From Macrostomum lignano (Eukaryota): a stretch of 64,000 nucleotides of DNA. Under the pieces are notes generated by a model that was not told the origin of the DNA, did not search any database, and worked only from the letters and a program-made list of their open reading frames with translations. Positions 58,284 through 64,000 of the stretch are shown here, piece after piece. The stretch spans positions 56,260 through 120,259 of the forward strand of contig NIVC01003088.1 in the NCBI GenBank assembly GCA_002269645.1, written 5' to 3'. Within the stretch, counting starts at the first letter, position 1. Each line of letters opens with the position of its first letter. The position numbers and the translations under genes are program-made.

Positions 58284-61200
58284 CAAATAAAATATAGGCC
58301 TATTCATAAAACCAATGAGCCAAGCCATGGATCATTTTAATGGCTTTTAGGCACAAGTATGCATAGGCCTCTAACAATTGTCACGCAATATAACAATTGT
58401 CATTCATAGGATGCAATGCGACAACTGTCACGTGACATGAAAATTGTCAATTGTGACAATGTCAATAGTGACAATGCTTTAACTGTCGCTGGATTACCTA
58501 TCGATGGAATGTCTTTTCGCCAGATATACTGGATACTAGTCCCAGACAGCAGAGCAGCAGTCTGCAGTCTGCCATGTACAAAAATGATAAAATAAAAGAT
58601 ACAATAAAATTTAAAAAAAACAATAAAACTAAGAGTAAGACTGCTAAGTAAGTAAGAGATATAATGAAGTTACAGTAACCATGATCTAAAGTATTTAAAT
58701 AAATTAATGTAAAACACGCAGAAACTTATGTCCGTAAGTCTATGTCAGCAATAACTAAAAAAAAGTTGAGATTCTCAGCGAAAAACCTTATGAAGTGAAT
58801 TGTGTAAATATGTTACAATAGCTAATATTTTTTGTTAAAGCGAGAAGTACGCTTAAATTGATTTAAAATTGTAAAAAAATGCTGACATTTTAATATGGTT
58901 ACCCGCATAGAAAATGGAAGCGGGCCAGCTATCTCGTCAGTGTGCCGTGCGGATAAGCAGAAAATTATTCCCACGGTACCGTTGGAATAAGACAGAAATT
59001 ATTCCTATGGTACCGTGGGGATAAGCACTGCCATTAAATTAGTATTAGTATTACTAGTATTATTATTAGTACTATTATTATTAGTATTACTACTACTGCC
59101 TAGTAAACCCAAATTCCAAAAACCTGTAACTTTCACCGACACATTTTCAGACATATCTTCCGACACCTTTTTAAGACACTTAAAGTGTCGGTGTCAAAAA
59201 ATGTCGGAAATTGTTGGAACCTCAGAAGATGTGTCTGAAAATGTGTCAAAAAAGTAATAGGTTTAGCTATAACATTTTTTATTGAGCCTAGCCCTAACTG
59301 ATTTCTATGCCTATATGGCTAGGCCTATAGGCTAAAAGCCTAAATGTCATTTTTTAGCTTTTTTATTCCTTGCCATATGATGTATTGATCAAGAACCTAT
59401 TGTAGCCAAAATGGTCACATGAATGGTCACATACGCTAGGTCACATGAAGCCTAGACTATATAAGACCACAGAAAACATTTTGTCAATCCTCTAATTTTG
59501 CATGTTTAGAAACTTTAGCCTTAGGCCTAATTATTTTTTTCAAATAATAGTAGCTTATTTAATAGTTTCCATTTCCATAAGTAAATATTTGAACTTGCAC
59601 AAGTATAAGACATGGTAGTAGATTGATTTTATGTCCATATTTACTAAGCTTAGGCCTAGTTTGAAATGGCAAAAACCTACAATTGCTCCTTTTTTAAAGA
59701 AACTGGCTATATAGGCCCAGGGACAACTAAAACTACCGGGATGCAAATTAAGCCAAATCATGGTGAAAAAAGTTGGGGGCTCGTTTGAAAGCAGTGTTCT
59801 ATGGCCAGGCTTTTCCAACTACAACTCTTCAGTCTAAAAAGATGTGAGGGCAAATAAAAAGCCCTCATCTCTTGTGCGACTGTGAAAAATGTCGAGAAAG
59901 TGCAGCATCTTTAACTGCAGATCAAACTAACTCAGAAGAAAGCCAAACAACAATATTTACTCTTCCTTGAGATGCACAAGAATGGGAACATTGGAGACAA
60001 ACCCTACCAAATATTTTTGAGGTAAGAAAGATGTTAATTCTAAGCAATCATACGCTGGTATGCATGGATGAATTTATTATAAACTAATTGTTAAAAATAA
60101 CCACTGCGATAAAACTTACCATTCTAAAAAGTGACTGAACACATAGACATATGCCAAAAGCACTGGCTAGTGACACCCCATGTGAAAGAATGGTCAACAT
60201 GAAAGACCGAAAGATCCGCCTTCTAGCTTTCCCTTTTTGTGCTTGATACAGACAAACAGACAGACAGTTTTTATTTACCCTAAACTTCTCCATTCGCGTA
60301 TTCATTATGCATATGCCAGTTTTGATTCAAGACTTGCAACAATTGGCAAACCAAATCCAATGGCAATGGAACCCTAACTATTCAACCGCGAGGTGCAGAT
60401 AGTTAGGCCCTATATTAGCCAAATGGATAGATGTGATTCGACTGTACAAATCAGAAGAATATCACATTGTCAAATAAACGGAATTAACCCACGTAGCTTG
60501 CTACTTGTATCCTTCAGTTCTAGCTAGCATATAGAAAAATGAAAGTAACACTCGCTCTCCAAGTCTTTAATGAAAAGGTTGTTGCAGCACTGAAGTGTGA
60601 CGGCTCCATAGACACGGCAGTATAAGTCGTCGGCTTACGATCATGTTTATTTTAAAGGCCTGGTAAAACGCATTCTGTCTTTGGAGTTTCAAATTTTTCA
60701 ATCCGAAATCTTTCATATCTAACTGCTTCTCATCTGGGTTCCTCCTAAAATTTGTTCTGTTTAGTCCTGATTTTCTGTGTTCTATTCTATGAGTACAAGT
60801 TGCCATATACTTTTGTACACACACCATTTTATGCTATTAAACTTTTTTCTCTTATGCTTATCTCACATGCTTAAATATATGTAATTTTTGCTTAGTACCC
60901 CAGTTTTTCCTATATAGTATACAGGTCCCTCTATAAGTTCCTCCTCAAATAAGTTATGTTCAGTTCCGTTCCACAATATATACACCATGCTAAGTTTAAA
61001 CCTTTTCTTCATGAATAACTCACATGTCTAATTGTATGTCATTGTGCTCTGTATGGCCGTTTTTTAGTACTAAAAAAACATTTAAAACTGAATAAAAAAC
61101 CTTTTAGACAACTTACTGAACCTTTTAAAGCAAAAATAATACTGTAGCCTTTAGTCTTTTCAGCAGCTAAGCTAAGCATTTAATGCATGAAAAATTGGGC

Positions 61201-63138
61201 ACCCATAGACTCAAACAAGCCCCCAACTTTTTTGCCATGATTTGGCTTATTTTGCATCCTAGTAGTTTAAGTTGTCTCTGATATAGGCCTAAGACTGAGA
61301 TTCTAAGAGATTTCTTGCCTTGCTTACTTTTTTAAACAATTTTAATTGGCTGCATTTTTGGACCTTAACAACCTAGATGTCCATGCTAATACAAATACAA
61401 TTAAAGGTACATGGGCCTATACTAAGCTGATTAAGGCCTCATTCATGGCCATTGATGGCATATCCAAAGGCCCAAATCCCTATTTAATACCTATCTAGAT
61501 AAGTTTCTATGGTACTATTGCCACTTGCAAAACACCTTTTGGCAATATATTTTTCTATGTAGTGCACTATTATAATATCTAGTGCAACCAAATATGACAC
61601 AACAAACTTGCTATTATTAAACTTAATTATAACTGTGTTTAGAATTTGTTGAATTTTTGAAAAATAATTAAATGTGCAAAAGTAAAGGACTAACATTTTA
61701 TATATATGCTATTATTCTTTAAGCTAATAAAAGAAAAGAGATTGCGAGCATTTTCATTAGAACAACATGTTTTGCCTAACTTTAGGCATCATTGGGCAGA
61801 TTGGAATTTATTTAATTTAAGTCAAAATGTAGAGTATAAATACATTTCAGTGGCAGATAGTCAGTGATGCACAAAATTGTAATAACAAAACATGGGGGAG
61901 AGTCAACAGATCAAAACTGAGACAGACAGAGAAAGAGAGAGAGAGAGCCGGGTAGTGGGTGTACGTTAGAACACTCTTAGGAGAGCACTGGCCCGGAATA
62001 ACCCAACTGTTTATTTGAAGTTGGTTGCCAGTTTTTAATGTACATAGCTTAATGTAAATAGCTTCATTTTCTGAACAAGGATTTCCTTGTATAGAAAATT
62101 TTCTTCTCTCCTAATTGCTAAGACAAAAACTAAGGGCTCTTTATTCAGTTTAAAAAATACATTACTTATATAATAGTAAAGTTATTATAAAGCTGACTTG
62201 ATTTCAACTTCCTTTAAATGCCACCAAAAGTTATGATAAAGGTTTATTCTTTCTATTTATTTCACTTACTGCTAGTATCAAAAGTTATATAAGAGATTAA
62301 CCACAAATTTGTTTGCTATCCTTCTGTTGGCTTATTTTTTGTAGAAAGTCATTTCTTTTGCCAATTTGGTCATTTCATTTGCCATTAAATTTTTAGGTTA
62401 ATTATAGTAAAATTCTCTGATAATTCTAATTTAGTGGCACCAAGTTGCATTTGACCTGTAATTTTTGAGTTGGTGCATATCATATGCAAATCATTAATAA
62501 GGTTATCCTTAGAAATAAAACAATATGACTTAATCACAAGTCTAGCCACAACAAATCTTTGTAGTTTTGGCTGTATTTCTAAGAATAGCTCCAGCTCTGT
62601 AAGGTTATTTAGAATCATATGGCAATACTTATATAGGAAGAAGCATGCAATTCTTCATTCAGAGTTGCTTTTTATAGTTATTAAGCCACTGTTATAAGAA
62701 AAATCTATCTTGCACCTGAATGCGCCGGCCCCAGACACGGCGCCAGCCCAGGACGCGCCGGCCCAGTTCCAAGAATAGAAAGATTGTTTTATAATACTTA
62801 TCAGTAGTTTTAACTTATTGGCTAGTGCTATAGCATATAACAAAGCACTAATTGCTAAATATAGGTCTTATAGATCTTTGATAGTCACATTAATCGCCAC
62901 ATTAATGACAGCTTATTGTGGTCACAATGGAAGGTTACATGCAATACTGATGTTTAACAACTTGATAGTCACAAAATCGATTGCTTTTGAGACTTTTATC
63001 AATTTTTAAATTTTAACAATCTGTAAGCATGAAGTCTGTAGGTTTCTAACCAAACTGTGGGTCAGAGGCTCAGCAGTATAAAGAGATGATGCTTGATTTG
63101 ATTTTAAACTTTTTGACTAAAGCCTGCAGCAATTCTGA

Positions 63139-63642
<504 letters not shown>

Positions 63643-64000
63643 AAAGGCTCAGTTGCACAGCTTTTGACAAGTGCGCTCTGTGACGCTAAGTTTCTTTTAT
63701 TCTCGCTTCTTAACTAATATTTTAATCTGTTTTTCCTTGTGGTCTCTATTTAAAAAAATTCAAGCATGTTCTGCATCTCTTGTACTATATTGCCATTGTT
63801 TAATAATGTTTCAATTGACTGTTCGTGTTAGTTCAACTCTCTATCCTGTTCTCTTGTTGGTTTTGAACAAGTTTAACTATTCAGCCAAAATTAACGGTTT
63901 ATTGAATTCCGGGAAATTCCTTCGTTTATTTTTATTGAGTTATTTTTTAATACAATTCTGTCGCTAATTAGTTAGGTATTATAATAAATATAGTCACAAT

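Overview
Eukaryotic (animal) genomic DNA. The GC-rich exons, minisatellite-filled introns and (TCTG)n tracts suggest a Macrostomum-like flatworm; this is an inference and was not verified. Host genes: ATIC/purH first coding exon (-), intronless COMMD3 (-), a rotatin (RTTN) gene (-) with 12 phase-consistent exons plus one putative exon and no locatable N-terminal domain, two intronless CAP59/GT69-like glycosyltransferase paralogs (+), two UBL7 exons (-), and a frameshifted H3.3-like gene (+). Mobile DNA: an intact RTE-group non-LTR retrotransposon, two 5'-truncated RTE copies with TSDs, a decayed Penelope-like element, a degraded RNase H-bearing LOA/R1-like LINE, tRNA-headed SINEs, a Crypton (DUF3504) relic, and hAT/P-like and Merlin-derived non-autonomous elements. 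Most notable: (1) an HDV-like self-cleaving ribozyme fold at the 5' end of the intact RTE that overlaps its start codon, preceded by exactly 33 head-to-tail copies of the element's putative first 17 nt; (2) sharply bounded CpG-decayed domains with CG>TA double changes; (3) fossil hammerhead motifs in the Penelope terminal repeats; (4) a candidate horizontally acquired glycosyltransferase pair with a homogenised core. All analysis was by eye; no searches or folding programs were run.
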